From: Chrysomallon squamiferum
Taxonomy: Eukaryota > Animalia > Mollusca
Direction of reading: 5' to 3'
NCBI GenBank assembly: GCA_012295275.1
Contig: CM022670.1
Coordinates: forward strand, 14,880,001 to 14,944,000
Length of the DNA: 64,000 nucleotides
Part shown: positions 40,273 through 63,871 of the stretch, piece after piece
Layout of the letters: each line of letters opens with the position of its first letter
Position numbering within the stretch: position 1 is the stretch's first letter
The notes under the pieces: model-generated
The model's input: the letters and a program-made list of their open reading frames with translations, nothing else
What the model was told of the DNA's origin: nothing
The model's database searches: none
Made by a program: the position numbers and the translations under genes

Positions 40273-41164
40273 ATTTTTTTTTGCCTCGAATCAATTCCTG
40301 TGTTAATAGTTTTAAAGTATTTACCAAAGATCTCACAACACAGAAAATATTTTTCAGAATTACTAACATCTTTTAACTTTTATCATGATGGTGAATTTTC
40401 TTGACTAATCAAAACGAAAAAGTAAGAAACAAATTAACACTAAAACCAAAATAAATAATATTAATTAATTAATTAATTAATTAATGTTGAGTAAAAATAG
40501 CGTAAAATTGAAGCGGTGTACTTTTCAATAAGTTCCTTTTCAAAACAGTGAAGAAATATCCCGGTGAAACAATTACAGTGGATGAACCAAAAATGTAAAC
40601 CGAAACAAGCGAGGGAGAAAACAAAACAAACAAACCAAAAAACCGATCTGGTCAAAAAAAAAAAAAAAGAACCTATAGTATCGGCTCTCTTCGTTTCGTT
40701 CAAAAACAAGGTTCAATTTTCATTTTCGCCGGAAGCCCATAAATGCGAAGTGAAAAAACAAACAAACAAAAAAAAAAAAATCAAAAAAAAATAAATAAAT
40801 AAAAATTGATTCACAAGCCACAGTAAACATAAACGCTTTTTAAACTTGCGCTGGCAGCAGAACAATAAATCACAGACTGTAATATTACTTTGTTTTCATT
40901 TCTTTTCAAACAAAGTATAACATTATTATTATTATTTTTAAATTCTGTAAAATAAAATCTATTTGATGTACAATATTTTTAATCCTTCCAACGTAATTAC
41001 TATTAGCGAAACAAAAAATTTGGTTCATAGCTTAGGGGTCATTTATTAAAAAACATTGTTGCTGAAGAGATAAAAATACAGTTTAACGTCACAATAACAC
41101 ACGTTCATAATCTACAGTCATATCCGCCGAGCCTGAAGATATGACTCAAACAAATTTCTCTTCC

Positions 41165-41203
<39 letters not shown>

Positions 41204-41661
41204 TATTAAGGATTAACAGACTATTTCTTTGTGAATTTAAATTAAATTGTATAACAAATTAGTTACAAAAGAAGATTTAAACTGTCGTTTTAACATAATT
41301 ACTTGAATTATAAAAAATAATAACTAACTAATAATAATAATAAGAAGAAGAAGAAGAAAAACAAAAAAAAACAAAAAAAAAAAAAAAAACAAAAAGTCCC
41401 CAAAACAAACAGTTCGGCGACTTTCTGTCCTGTTTCATCAGTCGGACGAATTTGTAGGTAGAGCAGTATGATCACACACACAGACACACAAACAAATAAA
41501 TAATTTAAAAAAAAATAATAATAATAACACTTTTTGGCAACAAAAATAAACCGAGTTTGTAGGTTTAAATATTTGTATAACAATGTTACTGGGCATCAGC
41601 TGTTAAAATTGTTGGCAAATCACTTGCCGGTATATTGACGTTTTATTATTATTATTTATTA

Positions 41662-41693
<32 letters not shown>

Positions 41694-42891
41694 TATTAGA
41701 AATGAAATAATAATAATAATAATTAAAAAATCATAATAGTTCTATTTATTTAAAAAAAAATTGTCACTATGACCATACTGGAATCAAAGGGCTATAGTCA
41801 TGGAAATAGGTTAGCAACAGAAAGAATGCAGCAGTAATAATAATAATGTGAAATTCTGACATAAAAACATTCTCAAGCAAAATGTTGTACACTTTTTAGT
41901 TTTGTTTAGTTTCATGCTCGTCATTTTTGTGATTGATGCATAAAGAAACATATTACATATTGTTCTTCGTTCAAGGAATTAGCCCCATTTAGCTTTCGTA
42001 AAGAAAAAATAAATAATCCATTGATTTTGTAATTGGCGGAGATCACAGACACTGTAGGGGAATGGTGTGATGAAGCTTCTGGAATGTGTGTTAGCTATGG
42101 ATGTTGATAATACGTGCAAACAAAGCCAGGTAAGTTACTTTGTTAAATAAACAATACATGCTGACCATTGATTTAGTTTGGACGCCATTACTGATATTGT
42201 AAAATGTTCTGTTAATTCATGTAATACAGTTTGCTTTATTTATTTTTGCTTCTTATTTCTGTCACACTTGAAATGAATTCCAGTTTACGTTACCCCTTTG
42301 ATAACGATCACCTATGCCACGCTCAAGTTTTTCTGCTGTGTAACTAGATACTTTGATCGTTTAACTTTATTTTCGTCAAGTGTCATTCTTAATTGCACTA
42401 TATGAATATAAATGGACTTAAGTTACCGCTGTTCAAATCTCCGAGTAGACCACTGAATTAAACTAAATTCATTCTTTAGCAACACACACACACACACAAA
42501 GTATTTTGTTTTGTTACAGTAACTTACGTGTTAAATAACTAAATAACAAATTCAGCCCCATCTGCTAAGTTATTAAAAAAAAAAAAAAACCACCAACAAC
42601 AACAACAACATTATAGCATTGTAGTTAATTTACTTCAAATATATTTAGCCACATGGGCAATAGTTTGGCCATTGTGTCAAAATTCAGCTAAAGAATCCAT
42701 CTCCACATTTTCATAACATTAACTGCATTTTGCAGTGAATTGGGTTAATCGTGCTTAGTGAATTAGCTGCCTGTTATATGTGTTAAGCCTGTTAACTTGC
42801 CTTTTGAACACCACGAATTAAAAGATCAAAGACATTATTAGTTCACAGTGCTGACAATACGTTTTCACACATCAAAGTGATTTGCGGCATA

Positions 42892-43385
42892 TAGTCCGGT
42901 GGCAGGGACCGATAAGCGTGCATTGCGGTCCGTACAAAGATTTTTTTGCTGTTTCTATACCTCTGAGATGTGCTCTTTAAGAATCTGAATCATGCCACTC
43001 TGTCATCCTTGGGCAATCCGCACAATATGCAAAACAAGGCCGCCATTACTGAAAATCTTGTTTTCGACAACTATGCATGGTATCAAAATAATTTTGGTGT
43101 CTATCCCCATGTTTTGAGGGGTAAAGAATCAGATTAAGCCATTTCAGTCAAGATCACACCAATATTTTGTGCTGAATAGATATATTAAGGCCGCCATTAC
43201 TGAAAATGTCGTTTTCGTCAATATCTCAATTAACTACACATGGTATCAAAATAATTTTGGTGTCTCTACACGTTTTTAGGGGTAAAGAATCAGATTAAAC
43301 CATTACAATATTGATCACACCAATATTTTCTGCAAAATATGCAAAAATCAACTTCAGTGTATATCCGAGTCGTTGCAGAACATTC
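42892..43385. mobile_element. DNA-transposon end fragment with two ~150-bp internal direct repeats
   Basis: GC-rich start TAGTCCGGTGGCAG. The repeat AAGGCCGCCATTACTGAAAAT...CATGGTATCAAAATAATTTTGGTGTCT...GGGGTAAAGAATCAGATTAA...GATCACACCAATATTTT occurs at ~43036-43168 and ~43187-43329. Superfamily uncertain. Confidence 0.5.
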
Positions 43386-44250
43386 CCTTTACTTATGCTG
43401 ATGCGGATTTTATTAATATTTTCTAAAAGTTTTCTTCACAATAAAATAAATAAAATAAAATAAAATAAAATAAAATAAAAATAAAAATTATATTTAATTT
43501 ATTTGTTCACTGAGCTTGTTATCACGAATACAGTTAAATTAAATCTCAAGTTTTCCATTCCGTGTAGATTTTTACAGTTTAATTAGAGATAATTGGAAAT
43601 TATGAAAAATACATCGCGCTAACGGGAAATTGTTTAAAATGCGCAGTTTCCACGAACATTTTAATTATAAGTTATAAACATTTATCATGTTACACACAGA
43701 CTAACGGACGAAGGATATTTGAACAAATTTACGACAATTAAAAGCGGTACATACAATCAAGTGAGAAATACACAAGAAAGAAAAAAATCAACAAAAATTT
43801 AAGAAGCATAACCGGGCATTGCCAGCAAATCTATTACCAGCAAAACCAGTTAAATATCTGAACATGGTCTTGGGGAATTCGGACAACATTCAAAATTTAA
43901 TACCGTCAAACATACGGATAGCGAAATAATGCGAAACACTTGTCTATCGATTTGAAATTCACCCTGAATTACGACGTGATGCTTAACAAAATGTTACTTG
44001 GAAGCGCGCGCACACACACACACAGACACTTGACGTTTTGGAACAGCTTCATGCATGTAACCATTGATCGTGATCTGACTCAGCGCGCCAGGCTATCAGC
44101 TTTCATCAGTGAAAGATAAAATCGCGACGCTCTGGGGTGATTACCAGAATCGAGAACATCTATCATTAATGTTCAGTCAATAATAATGATCTTCAGTTTT
44201 TGGACGCATATATCATGTAACATACACAGTGCGGTTTTTTTTATTTGTTT

Positions 44251-44286
<36 letters not shown>

Positions 44287-47200
44287 AAAATTCCAAAAAA
44301 AAAAAAAAAAAAAAAAACACCTACAAAAAAAACACAAACAAAACCAACAACAATAATAAAACCACCAGCCCCCCATAAAAAAAAAATAATAATTTTTTTT
44401 TTTTTTTTTTTTAGAAAAAATAAAAAATATCTTGCAATCTGTTATTGTGATATTTTTCAAGTATATTTTGTATATTTTATACAACTTTTTATTTCTGTTT
44501 AGGTTACAAATAAGTCCAACAAAAATACATGAAATTATACTGCTGTACAGATCTAGTCTTTTAAATATATGTTTAATTAATTAGCTATTTTATTTTTAAT
44601 TTTTTTCATTGATGTTCTTTTTGCGTTCTCCACTAAGAAGAATCATCACAATAATTTCTTATAGTATACATTTTATATTGCATCCAGACATGACATATAT
44701 ATCTTAGAATTATCATAATGCTCAAAGAATAAAAAGTTCAAACAGCTAACTACATTACCATCTTTTATTATTATTATTATTATTATTCTGTTATCACTGA
44801 GATTGATCGTTTAATAAAAATGTTCATTCACTTTTTTTTGTTTTTTGTTGCTGAAATCGTGGCATAATTTTGAAAACACTGGACTAATTAGCCCTATATT
44901 TTTTTTAATCATGAATAAAATTCTTTAAGAACATAAATTCATACACTTGTGAGTGTAGTGTGAAACTATACTGAAACTGCATGCACAACAGGAACATGAA
45001 ATTACGCATATATACTTGGCAACTTACTGCTTTGTTTGGATTATCACGCTTGTGAATATTTAGTAACACACGGCTGAATCTTTGCCATACTGCAAACTGG
45101 GACAATACATTACACTAAAGAGTCAAACACAGGAATACGGTAGGTAACATTTTCAGTTACATTGTGCAGTTTGTTAATTTCTGAAATGAAATATACAAAT
45201 GAAATAATATATTTATATTAATTTTTTAAAACGGAATCTTTGTTTTCATTTACACTATTGTTTTAGACAACAGTTATGGCAATTTTGTTATATAAAAATA
45301 CAACAACAACAATCTATTATTTTATTTCTTTATTACTTTTGTTTTTCTTCTTTCCTATACAGTCATTCTGATTATTGCATCATTAATACAAAAGTTAATT
45401 CTCTGATGAATATAATACATGAGATTGCTATCAGAGAATCATTATTCAAATAACAATCTTGTATATCTAAAATGTTAGAACCTCAGATTTAACAAAATTC
45501 TCCTTTGAACAATGAAATATTTTCTCAAAAGGATAGCAGGAAGTTATTTCTGCTGAACTGTGTTAATAATTTATGTATCTCACATAACAGTAACAATAAC
45601 AACAACAATAATCAACACTGTTTTCAACAAATACTTTTCACCTTCAATACAGTTTAATAACATTCCTTTAACAACTCATATAATTTCATGTGGTTTCCTA
45701 AAGAAATAGTCACAGAAGAAAGTACATTATCATAAAAAAACAAAAAACTGTATAAGTTAGAGACATTGCACCTGTGAATTTACAAAATAGTTACAATGGA
45801 ATGTTTGGACATGCGGAAAGAAGATAATGAGATAGTACAACAAAATAATAAATTACAGATAATATAAATAAAAGCCATTTCAAACAATCCTGAATGGTTC
45901 TGACAGATAAAAGCATATTTTAATTTGCCCAAAGGATTATATTAAGATTAAACTGTTGGTGTATCTGCTTGAATACAACATCAGTTCATTCAGGTTAAAT
46001 AACTGAAAAATCATGTCTGTGTCAAAGAAATAACTTAAACCATTCTGTAAATACCTTTTTTTTTGCACACACGCACACACACAGATATGCACACAGACAT
46101 ATATGTATACACACACACACATATAAACAAACAGAGACACACACACACAGTTTTAATAAACAAAAATGTATAATGAAAATACAAACCAACTAGTTAATTT
46201 TCACTCTGAACACAAACGGGTAAATTACTGAAGTGTGTCTTTAATGGTACAAATAAAATAAAGGTAAAAATATTTTTATTTTATTTAATGTTTTCATGGA
46301 AACCTAACAAAATATGACGGCATAACAATACTGTTACAAAATATTTGAATACTGCCATTTTATTATCTTCACAACTACAGTGATGATGTAATAACTGTGT
46401 AATATTCAGTTTAATAAATAAATTAATTAAAAACATATAAAATAAATAAAAACCAAATAATATTTATACTGGTAACAAGGATCTCATTTTATTACAAGTT
46501 GCAAACAACTTGAAAAACATGACAACCTATTATGTTAAAATTTCAGTTAAAAGTACCAAAAAAATAAGTTTCTTAAATGCAGCTTTTTTTTTTTTTTCAA
46601 TGAAAGCCTACACATGCAAAATATTAAATGCCAGTATTAACTATGAGACGAATAAAGCTGCTACTAAATAAACTTTGTCTTTGAAGCTTATGCTGATTCA
46701 GGTTTGATGCAAATATCTAAGAAGTAATTTTAATTCATGCCGTATTTGTTTGTTGTTAATTTTTCTTTTATCACCATTAAAAATTTGAATCATAGGAAAA
46801 TCAGAGCTTTCCATCTACAGTAAATTTATTCTGATAGTTTCAGTCTTAGAAAAGTGTGACAGTTTATGAACAAAGTACAAAACAAATGTTGATGCAAAGA
46901 ACAAAGAAGTTTTCTAGTTATTTACTTTGAAACCATTTGGAATGTAATGTAAAGCCCTGAATAAAAAAAAGCTACAACAAAACTACCAGTTATAGAAACA
47001 AAACTTTAAATATGTATAGTGTCATCATTAAAAATAATCTGCTATCCTTTATGTGTACATGTGTTTAATGGTGTGCAGACAAATGCTCACATATTTAAAA
47101 AAACAAAAACAAATTAGTGATACACAGGTGTCATACATGCTTGATAAGTCCCTCACTTCTAGCTATACCATTTTAAAGTTTAAAGGGTTTCACCAAAATG

Positions 47201-47359
47201 CCCTGTTTTTAGTGGTTTATCCCTATATTTTATGGCAAGTTCTCATTCGTAAAACATTGTCAGTGTTCGGTATTGCTTGTAAATGATTATTCAGTCATGT
47301 GCGTATGTTACTTTAGAAATAGCCCTTTTATCACAGTTTTGGAGATGAAAACTGCAATG

Positions 47360-48851
47360 TATTGGATTAGACATTGCATCAACACATCTGGAAGTTAACA
47401 AAACTATGTCAGAAATCTGGATGTCCAGGTGCTGAAAGATGCTATTTGCTGTAAAGAACACACACTATATATCCTGTGATTCTGCTGTAGCAGAGGCACC
47501 TCAAGTCTGCATCTATTCAATGCAATGGTGGTTCTACTGAAGACATGGACAATGAACAGAAGCTATCGAAGAAAATAAAACATGCAAAGAGCAAACAACC
47601 AACGAAAAAAAGCATGACATTTCTTCTGACGAAGACACGCTAATTGTAGTTGGTACTGAATTTTTCTTTAAAAAGGAACATGTGTTTGATTGCAAGAAGT
47701 GGAATTCCAACATTTATAGAAAGGCACATGTGGCTCTGTCAGAACAATGTTTCTGTAGACTCTGAATACAGCTTGCAGTTCCCAAAGTTGGCACTGGACT
47801 TCAACTCATGTATGTCTTTCAGGTTTTAGTAAAATTTGCTGTCTTCCGATGCATGATAGCATAAAATTTGTTAAAAATGAATACACATACCACATTTGAT
47901 CAAAATTTGATGTCATATATAATGAAATTTCAGTGAACTGGATCCTGGCGAAGTTACATACATACACCAAGTAGCAGACTGGCCTGGAAAATGGAGATGT
48001 TTCTCTTTGGCATAGAATGCAACACACTTGACATTCTCCTAGAAAACATAATCAATGAAGACATCGTTGCATTGTGGGGGACCACTTCTCTGTTTTGCAA
48101 TTCAATACAACATGTTCGAAGAAGCTCAATAACGTATTCAACATATTTTGTTTTATGAGTTTCAGAAAAGGTTTTAACACCTCAAATGTAAATTAAAAAT
48201 GACTGGAAAAGCATCTGAAGAAAATCCCAACAACGTGTCAATTATTGGAAGTCTGCTTACACGACAGCTTCAAGATCCATTATGAACAGGATCATTACTG
48301 GTGATGAGAGATGAATGTTAGGAGTTGTTATTAGTGGATCAGTCAGGTGGACCATGCAGTCCATGACCCATCCAGGAACCAAATAGAAGGCCTTCTTCCC
48401 AACAAGACTGTCTTTTCTGTAAGTGGAATATCCAAGTGATTACCCATTACAAACTGATGGAGAATAATCAGACAATCAACACTAATCTGTACTTCCAAAA
48501 TTTGACGTTTGTAAATTTCTTTTTAGAAGAATTTGGCTGGGAAAAAAATACTGCATCCACTTTATTCTCTTGATCTTGTTCCTTCCGATTATCATTTGTT
48601 TAGTTTACAAAACAACTTTGATGGACTATGACTGACATAAAGAGATGAGGTTGATATTGTTTGGTTTCTTATTTCTCATCAAAACCTAAGGAATTTTACA
48701 AATGAGACATCAATAAATTCACTGAAAAATGGAATAATATTATAAGCAACAACAGAAGATATATCTATAATTAAGTGGGTCTAAAAGTATTAATTTTTAA
48801 AATTCCATTGTACATGACACAAACGGATCAAACATTCATTCCAACCCGATA
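47360..48851 (+). mobile_element. Decayed mariner-type element (left boundary approximate)
   Basis: Fragmentary translations RIITGDER (~48288), NQTINTNLY (~48466), HPLYSLDLVPSDYHLF (~48554; mariner YSPDLAP.D motif) and SKPKEFY..I.K..EKW..II.NN (~48678). The right end CCAACCCGA-TA at 48841-48851 is mariner-like. Confidence 0.8.
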
Positions 48852-49799
48852 CATGATGGCAAACACTGCTAAAACTACAAGGAACACATGTTGGGAATAT
48901 TCCTGAAGGCACTGGACTTCAACACATGTATGTCTTTCAGGTTTTACTAAAATTTACTGTCTTCTGATGCATGATAGCATAAAATTTGTTAAAAATGAAT
49001 ACACATACCATATCTGATCAAAATTGGATGACACGTAGAATGAAATTTGACCATTTAATGTTTTAAAAATAATTTTGAACTTGATAACTGTTTTACTGTG
49101 GACACTGAATCCTGCTATTTTCTTTGTTAAAATTGAGGCTTTCAGTTACTATACTGCACCTGAGGAAGAATGTTTAAAACAGCAAAGTCTGGACCTGCAG
49201 TACAGGATTTCCTCCCATTCCAGTAAAAGCCAAGGAAAAGAAAACACACAGACACATGGAAAGACAACAGCACTGGACTGCTACCTGAATTGGATGGACT
49301 GACAATAATAAGAAAATGCAGCAAAGATGAATTCCCCAGTACTGGTTCACAAGCAAAGATACAAATTAACATGACCTGCTGAAGAAAACTGATTATCACT
49401 GGTTGAAACTGACGGACATGCCTCTCCATCAGATTAAATGTCTGATGGAAATCAAGTCTACTCTGAGACTAGAAGAACAAAGTTCTCGTAGTCTATCATG
49501 AGAAAGACTACATCTGAATGTAAGAAAACTCAATCAATTGATGCAACATTATGAAATTAAAATGCTGATCTGAAAAATCACCTGAAAATTTTTTCCTTGG
49601 CAGATGTTAGGTGGAAAGAAAATTTTTCTCAGGGAAGAAATCAAGATCGACACGGTCAATCTTGACAATACAAAGATTTTCTAAGTGGTGCTAAAGTTAG
49701 TTGTGAATACAAATGCACTACACCTGTTTACTGTAAAGCAGATCTTTCTTTATTTAATTCCAACATGCCGCTTGGAATTAACATAACTTCTTCTCAACT

Positions 49800-51270
49800 T
49801 TTGACTTTGAAATGTCAGATTTTTCAGTTCAAAGGTTTGAAAAAAGTCGTCATGAAGAAGACTTACAATCTCCTAACCAAAACTGTATTAAGCAGGACTT
49901 TCAGCCTTCAGCAACAATCAATCTTATTCTGACAATAACCCCATTGAATAGGAAGGCGACCCTACCATGGCCGGATGATACAGTGTCACTGATTTTCACG
50001 ATTGGGCAGTCTTTGATCAAGATCTGAAAGAATGCATCGAGAGAAAGAGATAAGATGAAAAATGTGAAAAAGAAAGAGTGGAAATTGACATCAGTAACAG
50101 ACTTTTCATTGATGAGTCTGATCTCAAAGAACAGTCTAGTCAGTTTCCTGATTTTGTCAGTTGTTCTGATTCCGATAAAGACGAAAAAAAAAAGAAAAAA
50201 GAAAAAAGAAAAAAGAAGAAAAAGTGTGATCTTGGCAGTAAACATTCACAAGAAGATCGTTCCATATTCTAATTATGATGATCTTTTCAGCAGCAACGAT
50301 GAAATCAACAGAATCTTGAAAGGAACTGATCCTCTCAAAACATCACCTGTTGCATGACTCGTCCGAGAACGATTCTTTTCCATCAAAGAAAAAAAAAAGA
50401 ACTTTATAGAAAAAAAAAACAGAAATGAAAATAACTTTTGCATGCTTTTGTATTTTTGGATTATCAATAAATGCTATTTCGCTTCACTTTAGTCTTGTCT
50501 TCTTTTTTATTGCATATGCATGTATATTAAATCAAAGGAAAGAAAAATGGATACCAAAAGACAAGAAAAAGATTCTAGAAAAAGTGGCATCTGGTGAATT
50601 GCAGGAGTAACATGTGCTCTGCGTCTGAAGTATGTTACTATTCACCAGTATGCCACACATCAACCTGGGAAATCATCTTGTACTTAAAACTTGACTTAGT
50701 CCAACAGTTGGTAAGTAACTTTTAAACATGAATGAAAGCAGAGTGTGACTGACCTGAGTGATGTGTCTGTTTGTTGTGACTTGACAAGTAGAACCATCTA
50801 TCTGTGTCAGGTGAAGCACATACCCAGCTGTGCTATGTGTGACAGAGAATACAGAAAAAAGCAAATCCTGGTGTTCACTACTCAAACAAACAAACAAAGA
50901 ATAAATTATCTGTATTATAAACAAAAAATTACCTGTTTCAGAGATTTTCAGGTAAGTTTGTAGATTTAGAATCATACCTGCAAATACTGTTTTTAACTTT
51001 AAGTAAATACACATGTATCGTTGTGCAGATCTATTCAAACAATTTTTTGGATTTAGACAACATCAGTGTTTATGTAACCTGGCTGCAAAACCTTTGTGAG
51101 TATAAATGTAAATTTATTTAGGAATGTTCACGAACTGATTACCTAATGTGAAAAAATTATTAGTGGATTAATCAGTTTTAGCCATTAACCAGCATGATCA
51201 AAAAATCTTCTATAAAATCAATGTACAAGAAATTATAGAGATGTGGAACTTAGTGGTGAAAAGAGTTAAA
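49800..51270 (+). mobile_element. Possible decayed piggyBac-like element (may extend left to ~46756)
   Basis: Acidic low-complexity segment (~50078), a LDLVQQLV-like segment (~50690) and a Cys/His tail (HIPSCAMC...TCFRDF). It ends GTGGTGAAAAGAG-TTAA at 51254-51270, with a weak inverted match near 46756-46780. No catalytic core is recognised. Confidence 0.35.
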
Positions 51271-53792
51271 AAAAAATCCAAAACCCCCCAGAACAATAAA
51301 TATACAAGAAAACATAATTATGACACATTAAAAGCCATATTTTTAATCAAGATAATTAAACAACATAAAAAAAGCTTATAGCTCTAGATTTCTTTCATAT
51401 GTTGAATAAATAGAATTAGAAATCATTTAATTATTAATGAAATACCACAGTTACCACAACCGACATGTTAAACTGTTTGATTACACATATTTATAATAAA
51501 AGGAAAATGCACTGCAGTTTAAAAATCTCTTTATGACTACAATAAAACTGAAGAATAATTAATCCCATGTATTAGGTTAACAGAATATTTTTCAGTGATA
51601 TATATTCATGTTATAACAAATAAAGAAATATTACTGGTTATTGCATTCAATTCCCGAGTACATGCAGAAAACAGGACAGGTATGAGAAAATTTGGCACAT
51701 GGGTGTCAAATGAAAGGTCAAATAATTATAAACCTACCCAAGGATATCCATATTTAACCTTCTTCTTTTTCAACAAGTCTTCCTGGAAGATCATGAATGA
51801 TTAAATTATCTGCAAGTAACAGGTCAGAAAATATCTGTATTGGATTATTCACAAAATGGTGAAACAAAAAACCAAAAATTGGAAATTATAATATTTGCCA
51901 AACTTGCCCTATGAATGATTATCTACACTATCTTTGGAGGCATGTAATTCAGACTTAATTTATCCCGGCTGAAATGTAATTATGTACAAATTTGTGTTTG
52001 CAAACAGAAATAACACTGTGAGACATACTGTCCTCTTCTTATCATGACATTAATTAAATCATATATGTCTTCATGTTTTTCTTTTATTAAATTATTATTA
52101 ACCAGTGGTTCAATGAAGCAACAGCATGATCAGTTGCATGGTTGGAGAATTTCAAATATCTTACCTTGGTACAAACATAGCTATTCAACTGTTCCTGTGG
52201 TCTTCTATATAAAATGATCCATTTGAGACATTTTTTATAAATTAGTTTTTGGCTTTGGAAAAGACAGGAATTTGACATCATGACCCTCCTATCTCTTTAC
52301 CATGATTGTGGTTAAGCTTCTGTAAACCCTGAGTTACTATATGAATTACACAAAATAATCTTTGTTTGTGCAATGGTTGATGAACAATGATTTGCCATCT
52401 GCTTATAATTCACTGGTCAATACTGGATGTCAATCACAGAGGGCAGAGGTGTCAATTGATAGTCTGAACACATTTTCCTATAAACATTCGACAATTAAAT
52501 AATTTTTCAAAATTGTGAGCATTTGTCTTAACTTCATTCATTTTTTTTTGTGGAATTTTGTTGTTTTTAGTTTGTATTTAAATATCTTCCATGTGTAAAT
52601 CTCTGCAGTGAATAATAAAAAAAAAATGTTGCACACAGCTGTTTAAAGATAGCTATAACCCACTTATTTATATTTACTGTAAATAAAATCTTGTTTGAAA
52701 ACATTTTGAGGTTACTTATTTACTGATAGTTTTATTAGGTTTAAAAAACAATGAATGTTACTATTTTTTTGCTGATACAAAGTTTAAGCACAAAAAATAA
52801 ATAAAAAATTGTAAAAGTCACAGGACAAATATGTATAGTTCATGTCATGTTACATACAAACCTAAGCTGTGTTTTGCCTTATTCTACTGAAATATCGCTT
52901 TATTTAACTTCAACAAATTATTATTAAAAACTTTTCACAGCTCGTACAATAAAAATTTCTCTTTTTGTATACGTGTTGAGGTAAAGACAGTTGTAGGGAT
53001 AAAACATAAAGCAAGTTTAATATTAAATGATTAGCTCTTACTATTTTGTACGCTTATACATCAAGGACATAAGCTTTGCAAAAATCTTCTGCAAAGTAGT
53101 ATTAATTAAGGCATTCTTGTAACACAGTATTGTTTTGAAACTGTTCTATGTGTGTAATTCTCTACTTCAAAAAGCTGCCTGGATCTAGATTAGTGGCTAC
53201 TGATCACAAAAACAAATTCTGCATCTTCTAAACTGTACTACACTTTAGCATCCTTTGTAATTACTACAACTAACAAGGATGACTGCTTCTTAACTATTTG
53301 CTCCCCGGTAATGTTAATAAATGTGGGGATCAAATTTGTCTTTTTATAAAATGCAACCCTGCCATTGCAAATATGTATCTTTTCATAATATGTAAATTTC
53401 AGCTATCATGTAATAATTTATTTTTTAGTATTTTGTTAAATCATTTTGAAATATCCATCATAATTTTAAAAATAAAAATTCTTTGGAAATAGGTAACTGT
53501 TCAGGTTTATAAGTTAAGTAAAATAAACCACTGTAATATAAAACATATTAATTTATATTATTATATATATATACATATATCCTTTAATTTTGTTTTAAAA
53601 ATATGGACACACACACTTCTTTATAAAAAGTATATAAAGCGAGAAAATATATTTTAAATACCAGTAAATACCAAAATTTAACGGACATATAATACAAACT
53701 AAAAACATGGATGATACATTTTCACGGCAAGGTAAACTGAACTGTGGTTGCTGTTGTTAGTTTGTGGTTAGTTGCCTCATTATTGCTTTCTG

Positions 53793-63871
<10,079 letters not shown>

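Larger units (their letters stand above)
27760..41165. repeat. Tandem segmental duplication: unit A ~27760-34810, unit B ~34885-41165
   Basis: Collinear matching blocks, e.g. 27765/34888 (TATAATTTTAATTAGTAATATTTCGAAATTA), 28480/35622, 31062/38056, 32520/39401 and 34741/41096. Both units end in (TAA)n. Confidence 0.95.

Noticed and set aside
44255-44412. Long poly-A runs followed by poly-T
   Set aside because: Low-complexity sequence, possibly noisy assembly; no supportable function.
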